From an uncultured Planctomycetaceae bacterium (GTDB taxonomy: Bacteria; Planctomycetota; Planctomycetia; Planctomycetales; Planctomycetaceae): a DNA stretch of 64,000 nt. Positions 1 through 11,031 of the stretch are shown in pieces. The position numbers and the translations under genes are program-made. Below the pieces are notes generated by a model. The model was not told where the DNA came from. It did no database searches and saw only the letters and a list, made by a program, of their open reading frames with translations. The stretch is taken from NCBI GenBank assembly GCA_963813715.1, contig CAWFAK010000007.1, forward strand, positions 32,001 through 96,000, given 5' to 3'. Numbering within the stretch: the stretch's first letter is position 1; every line of letters starts with the position of its first letter.

Positions 1-479
1 CCGCGACCTGCGCGGCGGCGAAAAAGCCTGGCAGCACATCAAGAAGGGCGTGCCCCTGCGAGCGGAGATCGGCCCCCGCGACATCGAGAAAGACGGCGTC
101 TTCCTCGCCCGCCGCGACACGGGGACCAAGGAACCGATCGGCCGCCCACAACTCATCGAGACGGCCCCGCAGATCCTCCAGGAGATTCAGAGACTCGCTC
201 TTTCAGCGGGCCCTCAAACTCCGCGAGGAGAACACCTGCCAGATCGACACGCTCGACGAGTTCAAGGCCTACTTCACGCCGAAGAACGATGCCAAACCCG
301 AAATCCACGCCGGCTTCGCCTACTGCCACTGGTCCGAAGACCCGGCGATGCACGAGCTGCTCAAAGACCTGAAGGTGACCGTCCGCTGCGTGCCGCTTGC
401 CGGACCTCAAGAACCGGGCAAGTGCATCTTCACCGGCAAACCAAGCACCAAGCGGGCGATCTTCGCGAAGGCCTATTAG
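1..479 (+). CDS. proS: Prolyl-tRNA synthetase, C-terminal part (5' partial, one frameshift near 190)
   Basis: Reads RDLRGGEKAWQHIKKGVPLRAEIGPRDIEK... then, after the shift, ...LKVTVRCVPL...GKCIFTGKPSTKRAIFAKAY*. This is the anticodon-binding and C-terminal domain of eukaryote/archaea-type ProRS. Confidence 0.9.
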   Translation, partial: ATCAAAKKPGSTSRRACPCERRSAPATSRKTASSSPAATRGPRNRSAAHNSSRRPRRSSRRFRDSLFQRALKLREENTCQIDTLDEFKAYFTPKNDAKPEIHAGFAYCHWSEDPAMHELLKDLKVTVRCVPLAGPQEPGKCIFTGKPSTKRAIFAKAY

Positions 480-3400
480 AGCGGTTTTCGCTCGACGAAC
501 AGCATCTTCACCGGCCTCGTCTCTTTGGTGAAGTGCAGGCTGGTTTGCTGCTCGACGTTGTGCAGTACGAGCGCCGGGTCGTGAGCTTCGCGTTTCTCCG
601 CATCGGTCGCCGGCCGGGCCACTTTTCCGGCCGGCTCATGCAGACGCCACAGGAGCTGCTGCGGATGAGCTTTCACTTCGCTGACGATGGGCATATCGAT
701 CCAGCGGCCGGCCCAGTTGAGGAACTCGCCGAACGTGCCGTAGCCTCCGCCACCATTGGGGCTCAGCACGCGGCCGTAGATTTGGACGCCGCGCGATTTG
801 CCGGTCTTGTCGTCTGGCAGCGGAGTGAAGTGATAGTCGCCCCGCGCCACGTAGACCTCGCGTTTGACTTGACGGAATTCGAGATGGATGGGCAGCTGCA
901 ATTCCTGCCGTAGAATCGCCTCGAATTGTCTCGCAAACAACTCGTCCGGCACTCCCTCCCGATAGACCCAGTCCCCCGGTAGAGAAGTCTGGAGAAGCTC
1001 CGGCGGTCCACTGATCTGCTGCGATTTGATGCGATGAACGGAGTCGCAGACGCCGATCAAGGGCCAGCGATCGGACCCCGGGGAGAAATCTTCGCAATGG
1101 AGTTTCCCATCCCAACGGTAACTTGCCACGAGCTTCGGCTCATCGCCGCCCGCTGGCACACCGAACTCGTTCGGTAGCGCAACGCGCCAGTATTCCGGCG
1201 CAGGGATGGGTAAGGGGGCGCAATGTGGCGTAAGACCTGCCCCGGCGCGAGGCTGTACCCCGGCTTGTTCGCCAACTCCGCCAGGATCGCCTCTTTTTCT
1301 TCTCGGATCTTGCGGAGCTTTTCTCCCCGTTGTCGGAGACCATCAACCGGCGCATTCGTTGGTATCCACTCGAACGCAAGCTGATTGACGACATTCAACT
1401 CCGGCATCCAGAAAGCAACGCGATCCGCCTCAGCGAGCTGCTTCTGCATCTCGATTTGCACGCGGTTTCCCTTGCGTCGGAGAGTGGCCTCTTTGCCCCG
1501 CCCAAATATCAGGGCGCGGCCGGCGTGGGCATCGATGTCCAAGGTTCCCGTATTCAGGCGGGCCGCGCGGAGTTCGACACCCCGCGCACTTCGAACGACC
1601 AATTCGCCCGCTCCGAGTTCGATCCGCTCCGCGGCGCCCGGCAGCCGCAGACGCAGGTGGTCATCTTGGACGTCGGCGACCAGGGGTTGGTCGAACTGTC
1701 GCAGAATCGACGGCTCAAACACCGCGCCGACCGGTTGACCGGTCAGTTTGGGAACGTCCGGATCGCGGACCAATTCGTAATCGAAGCACATGGAGTTCCG
1801 TCCGCGGAACTCGAATGAATAGAGAGTGATCCAAAACGTTCCCAGGCCCCCCTCGCGCGTGATAAACGGATTCTTTTGGCCGAACGAACTCTTCGAGAGT
1901 CGCCCTCGCAGCGAGATCCATTCTGGCCGTTGGAAGTCGGCCGTCGCGACGAGTTTTGCGACAAAGGATGCCTCAAGACGTTGATCGGGGGGAAACACTT
2001 TGCCAACCCGCAGGTCGAATCCGACGAGCGTAATGCCCCGGCCGTCGGTTTGCGCGGCCAAATCGATGCCGTTGCTTTGCACCCAGCGCTTCAATGGCTC
2101 CGGGAAAACCCATTGGTCCACCGGTTTGCCCTGATTCTCGACTGCCAATAAGTCGGGCGGCGGCGTCATCCAGCGGCCTGTGTCGATGTCGATGAACACT
2201 GGTTCGGTCTGGGCGCCCGTCAGCACTCGCTCAAAGATATTTCCATCAAATGGCAGGTGGGACTGGCTCAATTCGGGTGCCGGCAGGACGGGACGAGACG
2301 TCGGGTGCGGAGCCGCGGGGGCCTTGTCCTGGCTGGCGACAAGTCTCGTGCTGCAGATGACGGCGCTGGTTGCGCCAAAGAGCGTGAATAACGCGCCGGC
2401 CGCCAGCAGACCGCCTGTTTTCTGCCGATTTCGCCGCGAGCTGAACAGCCCCTCGATCCGCGTCTCGAGGCTCCCGCGCCAGTGGAGAATCCCCGTCGAC
2501 GCGGCCAACGGCGGCCGGCCGTGGGCCAATTGGGCCAGGCGCAGCAGCGTTTCGCCGTAACTGACCGGGTCGCGTTCGTCCAACACGAAGTTGTCGCACA
2601 CCTCCTCGCGCACAGACCAGGTGCCGATTGAGCAGATGGATGGTCACGATCGGCCAGAAGATCGCCTTGGAGGCCAACTGCAGCGCGACGACGAAATGAT
2701 CGCCGCGCAGAACGTGCGCCATCTCGTGCACCAGCACGTCGCGCAACTGGTCACGTGTAATCTGCGGCAGCGACGATTCGGGCAGAACAATCACCGGCCG
2801 CAGCCATCCCACCGCCAGCGGTGTGAGGACCTCTGCCGAGACGCCGACGTGCGGAAGCCGCCTGATCTTCATCCGCCGCCCCACCTCAGCGAGCGCGCAT
2901 CTGAAACGAAATCGTCCCTCGCCGGCTCGAGCGAAGCGCGCAGCCGGCGGAGCCGCAGGCAGCATCGGACGATGCCAACGAGCACCAAAATCGTGCCGAC
3001 GGCCCAAACGAACGTTGCGGCACTCGCGAGGCGGCGGAGCCCAGCGTTTTGCGGCTCCGATTGGGCCTCGTTCGTGTTCGATCGAATCGGGGAAGCTCGA
3101 GTGACGGCGAGAACCGTGGCAGGCACTCCGTTTGACCTCTCAATCGCTGGGGCTTCGGCCGGCAACACAAAGTCGTGCGCACCCGTCGATCCCGACGATT
3201 CGGCTCGTTCGCGCGGGCACTCTGCCACCGGCTCCGAAGCCGCCATTGCGACGCCCGCCTTGGTCGCGCTCGGCGAGAACAGCGGCAGCTCGATCAGCGC
3301 GATCTTGAATTTGAGAACGGCAGCCGCCGACAGAGGGGACAGCAAACAGCAGAGCAAGGCGGACAACAATAAAGAATGCCGCAGCGCGGCCCGTGACCTG

Positions 3401-3513
3401 AACGCGCGGGCCGCAACCACCGCGACTGTGGATACGACCAACACGGCCGCGACGACCAGAAACAGGCCAGCCACCACCTGGTCACCAGGATAAAATCGGT
3501 CGAGAGCGGCCAT
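476..3513 (-). CDS. BlaR1/MecR1-type M56 metallopeptidase sensor, copy 2 (joined from 4 ORF pieces)
   Basis: N-terminal TM segments, GWLRPVIVLP, zinc motif VLVHEMAHVLRGD, REEVCDNFVL and LETRIEGL, followed by a long C-terminal ectodomain. Pieces 2869-3513, 2246-3007, 1057-2613, 476-1159. Confidence 0.85.
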
Positions 3514-3537
3514 CGGTCACCCTCCTCGCTGCAGCTT

Positions 3538-6500
3538 CTACAACTTCCCGAGCGAGCCCGTCCGCGTGGGCATCGCCTTGTTGTCGTTCGTCGTGCGCCG
3601 TTCGGGATCAAACTTGAAATCGATGTACCGGGCTTTGGGATCAAAGTGCGCGACGACCGTGCCCAGGTCAATCTGCTCGCCGGAGTGGACGTCGAGTTTT
3701 TCGCGGATCGCCGGCCACGAGTGCGCCGAGCCGCCGACCACCAATCGGACCGGTTCGCCGCCGGGACCTTCGATGCGGAATCGTCCGTCGGCGTCGGTGA
3801 GAATGATCGGATTCGGATTGATCGGCGAAGTGGGCAACCACCAGTCGAGCCGCATGTCTCGCAGGGGCTGTTTCTGCGGGTCGACCAGGCGACCGACGAT
3901 CACCGCAGGCGGCTCGAGCGTAATCGTCCGCTCGGTCTCGCCCGGCCGCGGTGTAAAGCGAAGCGATTTCGTCAACCCGGTCGCCGTGTGCTTGAACCAG
4001 ACGACGCGAGTCTCGTCGGGCCCCGTTGCGGCGACCACTGCGGTGTCAGTGTCAGTGTGGCGGCGGTAGCTTTGCGGCTCGATCCCATAGGCGTCAACTC
4101 CGGACAACCGATTGCCGGCTCGGTCGACGAATTTGAGGGTCACGTCTTGTCCCGGGTCAACCGGAACGTCGATTTCAACCTCAGCGGCGCCGGCCGGGGG
4201 ATTGAGCTCCCGCAGAGCGCCGAACTAGGTTATCGACACACTATCGAAGGTTGGCTCGTGGGCCATGGACCGATTAGGACCGAGATTGGCCAGTTCCTTG
4301 ATCTGGGCCACGCCGAATCCGGGGCGGAAATGGCCGTCCCAGGTTTCAGGCAAATCACGCCGCGGCCCGGAATCATGGGAATGCGAAAGCGGCCATCGGC
4401 ATCCGTCTGACCGAAGGGGACATGACTCACCATGCCCATCGACTTCGTTGTGTACCGCGCATAGCTTCGCGTTTTCGTTCGAACGGAACGGCGTGTAATA
4501 CAGCGTCCCCTGCACGGGCTGGCCGGTTTTGAGGTTGAACGCTCGTCCCACGGCCCAGAGACCGCGCCGCAGCTTTTGATCGCGGCGAATCGGATCGAGC
4601 CCGTGAGCTTTCGGCAGGCTGATGTAGTCCATCTGCAGATACGGGCCTTCCGGCACGACCTTCAAAGTGCTCTTGGCGATGGGGTTCACCCCTTCGATCC
4701 GGTAGTGGCCTCGCTCGTCGGTCGTCGTCGACAGGAACTCCTGGTTGCCGCCCCAAAGTCCCTCAGCGGCCTGACACTCGATGGCGACGCCGCCAAGGGG
4801 AGCCGAAGAATCTTCGTCGGTGACGGTGCCTTCGAGCGTGATCCCCGGCCCGGCCGCAAAGTCAAACGTCGACCTGTAAATGAAATCCTGCCCGAGACCA
4901 ACGACGTGCTCAAAGCGCAGCTTTTTTCCGGGTCTGGTGAGCACGCGGACCTCGGAGGTGGCGAGCGACGGCCCTGCTAAGCGGAAGAAGATCAGCCGGT
5001 CGCGGCCCAACCCGAGAATCTCGAACCGGCCGTCCGCGTCGGTCATCGCCACAGGGATCACTGCATTCGAGGGTGTGCAGATGCCTCCGGGAAAGTGCGG
5101 CGTGGACCCGATCCCGTACATGAGCGGGGCCTCGTCGCCGTTGACGGACCCGTATCCGCCGAAGACCGGCTTCGGCGGCAATGCCGCCAACCAGCGATCG
5201 ACCAAGCGAGGCGTGCTGCAACAGATTCGGCGGATATCGAGCCGGGCACCCGCGACGGGGCGTCCTTGCAGATCGAGGACGCGGCCGCGGACAGGCTCAT
5301 CCGCCACAAGCCTCAGCTCGAGCGGACGATTGTAAGCCGGAGCAAACGAAGTCGGACATCGCGAATCCGTAACCGGGCACAGCGCGGTGACGTCGATGCG
5401 CGAATGCTCCTCGGCTTCCAGTCTCGTTCGATGCTCTGACTGAACCGGCCCTCGGAATCGGTGATAGATCGACGCCAGTGGCGTCCATGTGCTTCAGCAA
5501 GTCGGCAGGCGCAAACCTCGCCGTTTCGAGTCGAACTGGTAGAGGTCGATCTGCACGCGGGCTCCCGCAGCCGGTCGACCGTCGGGCAGAAGCACGCGGC
5601 CCGCAAGCGCAAGAGCTTCGGTCTTTTGAGCCGCCTGTTTGGGGACGTTCGTCGGCGCGGCGCCCCGCTGCCTTGCTCCGCCACGATCCGCGCCCCGCAC
5701 AAGAGGCCGCTCGCCGTGAGGAACAGTCCGAGACTCGCTAGGGCCGTCAGCCGCCCCGCCCGTTGGCGCGTGTCTCGTTTGGCGCTGACCAGGCTTTCGA
5801 TTCGCTCTTCCAAAGTGCCGCGCCAGTGCAGGATGCCCATCCCGGCGACGACGGGGACCGCACCGCGGCTCAGTTCCGCCAGCCTCAGCAGCGTCTCGCC
5901 GTAGCTGAGGGGGTCGCGCGTGGCGAGCACAAAGTTGTCGCACGCCTCCTCCCGTGCACAATGAAGGTGCCGGTTGAGCCAATGAATCACCACGATCGGC
6001 CAGAACAAGGCCTGGGCCAACAACTGCAACGGCAGCACCAGCGGATCGCGGCGCACAACATGCGCCAACTCGTGCATCAACACGTCCCGCAACTGCTCGC
6101 GAGTAATCGAGCCCAGCGAGACCTCGGGAAGAATGACAAGCGGCCGGATCCAGCCCGCCACGACGGGAGTGAGCACGCGCGTCGACACGACGATCGTCGG
6201 CCGTCGCACGATGCCCAGCCCTCCGCACACTTCGCCGAGCAGTTCGGGCAATCGGCCGTCGGTCGCTGGTCGTATGGCCCGCCGGATGCGACGCACGGCC
6301 CAATAGCTCCGAACCACGCCCAACACGAGCAGCAGCGTTCCCACAAGCCAGACCAAGATGGCCGAGATCGCGATCTCGATGCGCGGATTCGAGAGGAAGG
6401 GTTTGGGCTCGCGCGGTTCCGCGAACGCTGGAAGGGTCGGCGCCTGGTCGACGACCGGAGAGCTCTGCACGCCCGGCTCTGGTTGCGCCTCGCTCTGTGT

Positions 6501-6859
6501 TCCAGAGACTTCACAGCGTGCGCCGGGGGAACTTGCTCGACGGAGTCCTTTGCACGAGCGAAATCTGGCGCAGACTCTACGACGACAGGGGCGACTGCTC
6601 GATCGCCTGTTCGAGCCGACGGGAGCCAGCCCAGAGAGACCGTCGAACATCCTGCGGCAAACCACAGGGCCGCGAGAATCGGCGTCGCCAGGTCGCCGAT
6701 CAAGGCGGACAGCAACACGCAATGCCGGAGCGCCGCTCGGGCTTTGAGCCCCTGCGACAAGACGAGTGCGACTGTCGAAAGCAGCGTCACCGCCAGCACG
6801 ACGACGAGCAGGCACGCGAGGATTTGATCGCCGGGATACAATCGCTCAAGCGGAAACAT
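3538..6859 (-). CDS. BlaR1/M56 metallopeptidase sensor, copy 1, with carboxypeptidase-regulatory-like beta-sandwich repeats (frameshifted)
   Basis: VLMHELAHVVRRD and AREEACDNFVL motifs; repeats GRVLLPDGRPAAGARV, GRVLDLQGRPVAGARL...TDADGRF and GRLVDPQKQPL. Pieces 6077-6859, 5313-6815, 4225-5307, 4230-4439, 3538-4143. Confidence 0.85.
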
Positions 6860-6862
6860 GGC

Positions 6863-7282
6863 TCAATCTCCTCTCTTCGTCGGCTGGCTGGCTTTCGCTT
6901 TGTCGAGCATCGCGCGGATCCGCGCCAACTCGTCCGCGGTCACCCCGCGATGATCCAGGAGCGCCGTCAGCAGGACCTCCGGCGACCCGCCGCAGACGTG
7001 ATCGACGACGTTGAGCACGGCCTGGCCGATGGCCGCGGGGCGCGGCTGGGCTGCCGAATACAGATAGGTCCGCCCGTCTTCGCGGTGTTTGAGCCAGCCC
7101 TTCTGCTCCATCCGCTCCAAGAGCGTGCGAGCTGTGTTGCGGGCGAGCTCGCGAGTTTGCGAGAGGATGGCCCGCACGTCGCTGGCGGAAAGTTCACCCC
7201 GCTCCCAGACGATCTCCATGATTTCGCGCTTCGCGGGGGACAATCCCGGCAAACGACGCGTCCTTCGAGTCTTTGATCCCAT
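6863..7282 (-). CDS. BlaI/MecI/CopY family transcriptional repressor
   Basis: LSPAKREIMEIVWERGELSASDV...TARTLLERMEQKGWLKHREDGRTYLYSA. A GGAGG RBS precedes the ATG at 7282, and the gene lies directly upstream of the M56 genes. Confidence 0.92.
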   Translation of the reverse strand: MGSKTRRTRRLPGLSPAKREIMEIVWERGELSASDVRAILSQTRELARNTARTLLERMEQKGWLKHREDGRTYLYSAAQPRPAAIGQAVLNVVDHVCGGSPEVLLTALLDHRGVTADELARIRAMLDKAKASQPTKRGD

Positions 7283-7298
7283 GCCGGAGCGCCTCCAA

Positions 7299-7346
7299 TG
7301 GCTACATGATGTAGCCAATAATGGCGACGCTCAGTAGCCGTGTCAA
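7299..7346 (-). promoter_or_regulatory. Sigma70-like promoter plus BlaI-type operator
   Basis: Minus strand TTGACA (7341-7346), 17 nt, CATTAT (7318-7323). Immediately downstream is the palindrome TGGCTACAT-G-ATGTAGCCA (7299-7317), containing TACA-N3-TGTA, close to the BlaI/CopY TACA-N2-TGTA box. Confidence 0.8.
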
Positions 7347-7609
7347 GCATTTTCGCGAGCGATTTTCGAGGCTCCGCTTTTTACGCGGCGCTCAAGCCAC
7401 TCTGGCAACTGCCGGGGTTAGCGGCCGCGGCGGCATGTGTCAGCCGTCGCTGAACCGCGGGACGACACTTTTCGGGACGCTCGAAAGCGGGTACGCTCGT
7501 CGGTTGGCTCGCCAAAAAAGCGGCAATCGGCGGGGCGGCTCTCTGATAAGTCGGGCCGTCGCTCGTAGACGAACCAGGCTGACATCGAAGGCAATCAACT
7601 GAGGAAATC

Positions 7610-8044
7610 ATGATGTTCGACTCCCAAGACTTAAGCCGTCGTGAATTTGCACGGCTATCCGTGGCGGCGCTGGCCGGTTTGTCGGTTGGCGGCGCGGCCG
7701 TGTTCGCCGACGACACCAAGAAAGCCGAAAAGAATCCCCTGCTCAGCGATCCGCACGTCTGCCGCGGGCTCAACACTTGCAAGGGCAAAGGGGCGGACAA
7801 GAAGAATAGTTGTGCCGGCACCGGTACCTGCGCGACGGCCAAGAGCCACCCGTGTGGCAGCGCCAACGAGTGCAAGGGGCAAGGCGGCTGCGGCGACACG
7901 CCGGGCGAGAACGCCTGCAAGGGCAAGGGCGATTGTCACGTCCCCCTTGCCAAGGACGCTTGGAAGAAAGCCCGCAAACGGTTTGAGGTGCTGATGAAGG
8001 CCGACAACAAAACGTTCGGCGACGCTCCGAAGAAGAGTGCCTGA
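7610..8044 (+). CDS. Tat-exported Cys-rich small protein (bufferin/MNIO-precursor-like)
   Basis: Twin-arginine signal LSRREFARL, 9 Cys, and four N-x-C-[KA]-G-x-G repeats (NTCKGKG, NSCAGTG, NECKGQG, NACKGKG). GAGG RBS. Confidence 0.75.
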   Translation: MMFDSQDLSRREFARLSVAALAGLSVGGAAVFADDTKKAEKNPLLSDPHVCRGLNTCKGKGADKKNSCAGTGTCATAKSHPCGSANECKGQGGCGDTPGENACKGKGDCHVPLAKDAWKKARKRFEVLMKADNKTFGDAPKKSA

Positions 8045-8113
8045 GCCTCACTCAACTCGCTCCTTCTTCTCAGGCTCTCGCCTTCGCCTCAGCAGCCGAG
8101 CGTGCAAAACGAA

Positions 8114-8142
8114 AAAAGCCGCGAGTCACCCTCGCGGCTTTT
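8114..8142. terminator. Probable bidirectional intrinsic terminator
   Basis: AAAAGCCGCGAG-tcacc-CTCGCGGCTTTT between two convergent genes. Confidence 0.7.
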
Positions 8143-8297
8143 CTCATCGATCAGAGTATCTATGTTGAACGGAAGAGCGAGGCTTGTGCCGAGCCGCTGC
8201 AGGCCATCGGGCTCAGCAGAAGGCTCGCTCTTCGCGGTTTTCCCTGGTTGTTCGTTTCTCCGTTGCAGTGCTTCCTTTGATTCGATGGCCGACCGTT

Positions 8298-8790
8298 TTA
8301 TTCGGTCGCCGACTGCCCCTCGGTGGTTTCGCCCGTCGCTTCCTTGATTTGACGGATGCCCAACAGCAGCTGCTTGAGCGCTTGACCCACCATCGCCATC
8401 GGCACAACGGCGAAGTGCACCGTCACGTGCGGCTCAGCCTCCCCCTCTTCGGGCTCGACTACGAGGTCGCTGTTGACGACCAGGTCGGCGATCTCGGCCA
8501 GCTCCGGGTGTCCGGTCAGCCGATAGCACTCAGACATTGAGCGCCACGCCGCGCTTATTGAGCGGCGCGGGAATCGTCGTGGCCGCCTGTTTGAGCGGGA
8601 CGAGGGCTTCATCATAGCGCGCCTGGCTCTTGAGGGCTTCGCCTCGGAGCAAAGCGACAGCCGGTTCGAAGGGCCCCGCATCGACGATGGAATTCAGTTC
8701 ACCAATGGCTCGATCCGGGAGCTCTAACTCGAGATAGCCTTCCGCCCGCTGCAGAAGCCGGATCGTTCGCGGGACTTTATTGCTGTCCAT
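8298..8790 (-). CDS. Small TPR-like protein (one frameshift)
   Basis: LLQRAEGYLELELPDRAIGEL...LRGEALKSQARYDEAL, continuing as AWRSMSECYRLTGHPELA. Pieces 8530-8826 and 8298-8681. Confidence 0.7.
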
Positions 8791-9350
8791 GGCAAAGACC
8801 GTTTCTGTTGTGTCGTTTGCACCCAAAAAGCTGAGAGGTTCTTTCCCCGGGTAAGCAGTGTCGTCACGAGGGTGTCGTCACCATCTGGTGGCGGTCATTG
8901 GGAACTCGAGTCAGGCCCCTCCTTCTATTACTTCTTCTCAGGCGACTTTTAACGGCGTTTGTTACGGGGATTGTGGATCGTTCGTCAAATCTGTCAAAAC
9001 TCATTACGAGCCTTTGATTAGCAAACGTCATTCCATTTCCGGGCCATGCGAACGATTCGTCGCATCTCCTTGGTGCCGCGGAGGCACCGTCCGCTCCGGT
9101 CAAATTGCGGACGGGGCCATTTGTGTGCCCAACGGAGCGAAAACGCGCTCAGCCGGATGTCGGCTTGCACCGTGCAAGGCGCGGCTGCGCAAGCCGAGTC
9201 TGCATCGGCCTTAGGATGAAGCACGTCTCGCGATCGCGCTGTCCGGCGGGGACTCAACCTGATTGCCGGCTGCTTGATCGCGGCAGCAGCCGCTCGCATG
9301 ATAGGCCGCTGGCCGCCCCCCGATTGACGCCCCATTTCGAGCGAAGAGAC

Positions 9351-10904
9351 ATGCTGTTTTCTCGCCCCGGTCAGACAACTTACACCGTCGCACTTGTGCT
9401 CGTTTTGACTGCAGCGATCGCGTCGCGCGCGACAGCGACCTCGCCTACTGCCCTAGCGCGGCCGAACATCATCTTTATCTTTTCCGACGATCATGCGGCC
9501 CAGGCGATCAGTTGTTACGGCTCGCGGATCAACACGACGCCCAATCTCGATCGCATCGCGGCCGGCGGGATGCGGTTTCGCAACTGCTTTTGCACGAACT
9601 CGATCTGCGGTCCCAGCCGGGCCGTCGTGCTCACCGGCAAGCACAGCCACATCAACGGCTTTCTGGACAACAGCAACTCGCGGTTCAACGGCGCCCAGCA
9701 GACCTTTCCCAAACTTTTTCAAGCGGCCGGATACCAGACGGCCATCGTCGGCAAGTGGCACCTCGTCAGCGATCCGACCGGCTTCGACACGTGGAAAATC
9801 CTGGTCGGCCAGGGAACGTACTACAACCCCGTGCTGATCGAGAACGGCCGCCGCGTCCGCCACGAAGGGTACGTCACGGACATCATCACCGACCTCGCGC
9901 TCGACTTCCTGAAAGGTGGCCGCGACCCGCACAAGCCCTTCGTGCTGATGTATCACCACAAGGCGCCGCATCGCGAATGGGAGCCAGCCCTGCGGCACTT
10001 GCACCTTTTCGACGACGTCGACATTCCCGAGCCGGCGACGCTCTTTGACAACTACAGCGGACGCGGGACGGCGGCCCACGTGCAGCAGATGGAAGTTGTG
10101 CGGGATCTCAACAAGCTCGATCTCAAACTGACCACGCCCAAGGACCTGAACCCGGCCCAACTCGAGCAGTGGAACGCCGCCTACGAGCCCAAGAACCGGG
10201 CTTTCCGCGACGCCCACCTGACCGGCCGCCAACTGGCGCATTGGAAGTACGAGCGTTACATCAAGGACTATCTGCGGTGCGTGGCCGGCATCGACGAGAA
10301 CGTCGGCCGCCTGCTCGATTACCTCGACCAAAGCGGATTGGCGAAGAACACCGTTGTTATTTATTCGTCCGACCAGGGATTTTATTTGGGCGAGCACGGC
10401 TGGTTCGACAAGCGATTCATGTACGAGGAGTCGTTGCGAATGCCGCTCCTCGTCCGCTGGCCCGGCGTGACGCAGCCCGGAACGGTGAGTGACGCGCTCG
10501 TGTCGAATCTCGACTTCGCCGAAACATTCCTGCAGATAGCCGGCCTGCCCGTCCCAGCCGACATGCAGGGACAAAGCCTCGTGCCCGTGCTGACGGGAGA
10601 CGGTGCGACGCCGGCCGACTGGCGGAAGAGCCTCTACTACCACTACTACGAGTACCCGGCCGTGCACATGGTCAATAAGCACGAAGGCGTGCGCACGAGC
10701 CGCTACAAGCTGATCAACTTTTACGAGCTGGGCGAATGGGAGCTGTACGACCTCGAAAAAGATCCGCACGAGATGCACAGCGTCTACGCGGACCCGGCCT
10801 ACGCAACGACCGTCCAGGACCTCAAAACCGAACTCGCGCGACTGCGCGACGTCTATCGAGTCCCTCCCAACAGCGTCGCGAAGCGGCCCCGATCCAGCCA
10901 CTAA
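9351..10904 (+). CDS. Secreted formylglycine-dependent sulfatase (S1 family)
   Basis: Signal peptide, [13 protein letters not shown]-x-P-x-R motif [34 protein letters not shown] and [11 protein letters not shown]. Confidence 0.95.
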   Translation: MLFSRPGQTTYTVALVLVLTAAIASRATATSPTALARPNIIFIFSDDHAAQAISCYGSRINTTPNLDRIAAGGMRFRNCFCTNSICGPSRAVVLTGKHSHINGFLDNSNSRFNGAQQTFPKLFQAAGYQTAIVGKWHLVSDPTGFDTWKILVGQGTYYNPVLIENGRRVRHEGYVTDIITDLALDFLKGGRDPHKPFVLMYHHKAPHREWEPALRHLHLFDDVDIPEPATLFDNYSGRGTAAHVQQMEVVRDLNKLDLKLTTPKDLNPAQLEQWNAAYEPKNRAFRDAHLTGRQLAHWKYERYIKDYLRCVAGIDENVGRLLDYLDQSGLAKNTVVIYSSDQGFYLGEHGWFDKRFMYEESLRMPLLVRWPGVTQPGTVSDALVSNLDFAETFLQIAGLPVPADMQGQSLVPVLTGDGATPADWRKSLYYHYYEYPAVHMVNKHEGVRTSRYKLINFYELGEWELYDLEKDPHEMHSVYADPAYATTVQDLKTELARLRDVYRVPPNSVAKRPRSSH

Positions 10905-11031
10905 GGGCTGGCGTTTGGAGACCGGGTGAAGCTATGAGGAGCGGTAAGAGGTAGGCCGAGCCGGTTGGTGGTTGTGCTTGAACGTGGTAAACGGAGTTTG
11001 TTGCAAACCGTTTCCACAAAAGGACACCGCC

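Noticed and set aside
8830..9350. Riboswitch or sRNA in the lower-GC intergenic region before the sulfatase
   Set aside because: No recognisable aptamer consensus; probably divergent promoters.
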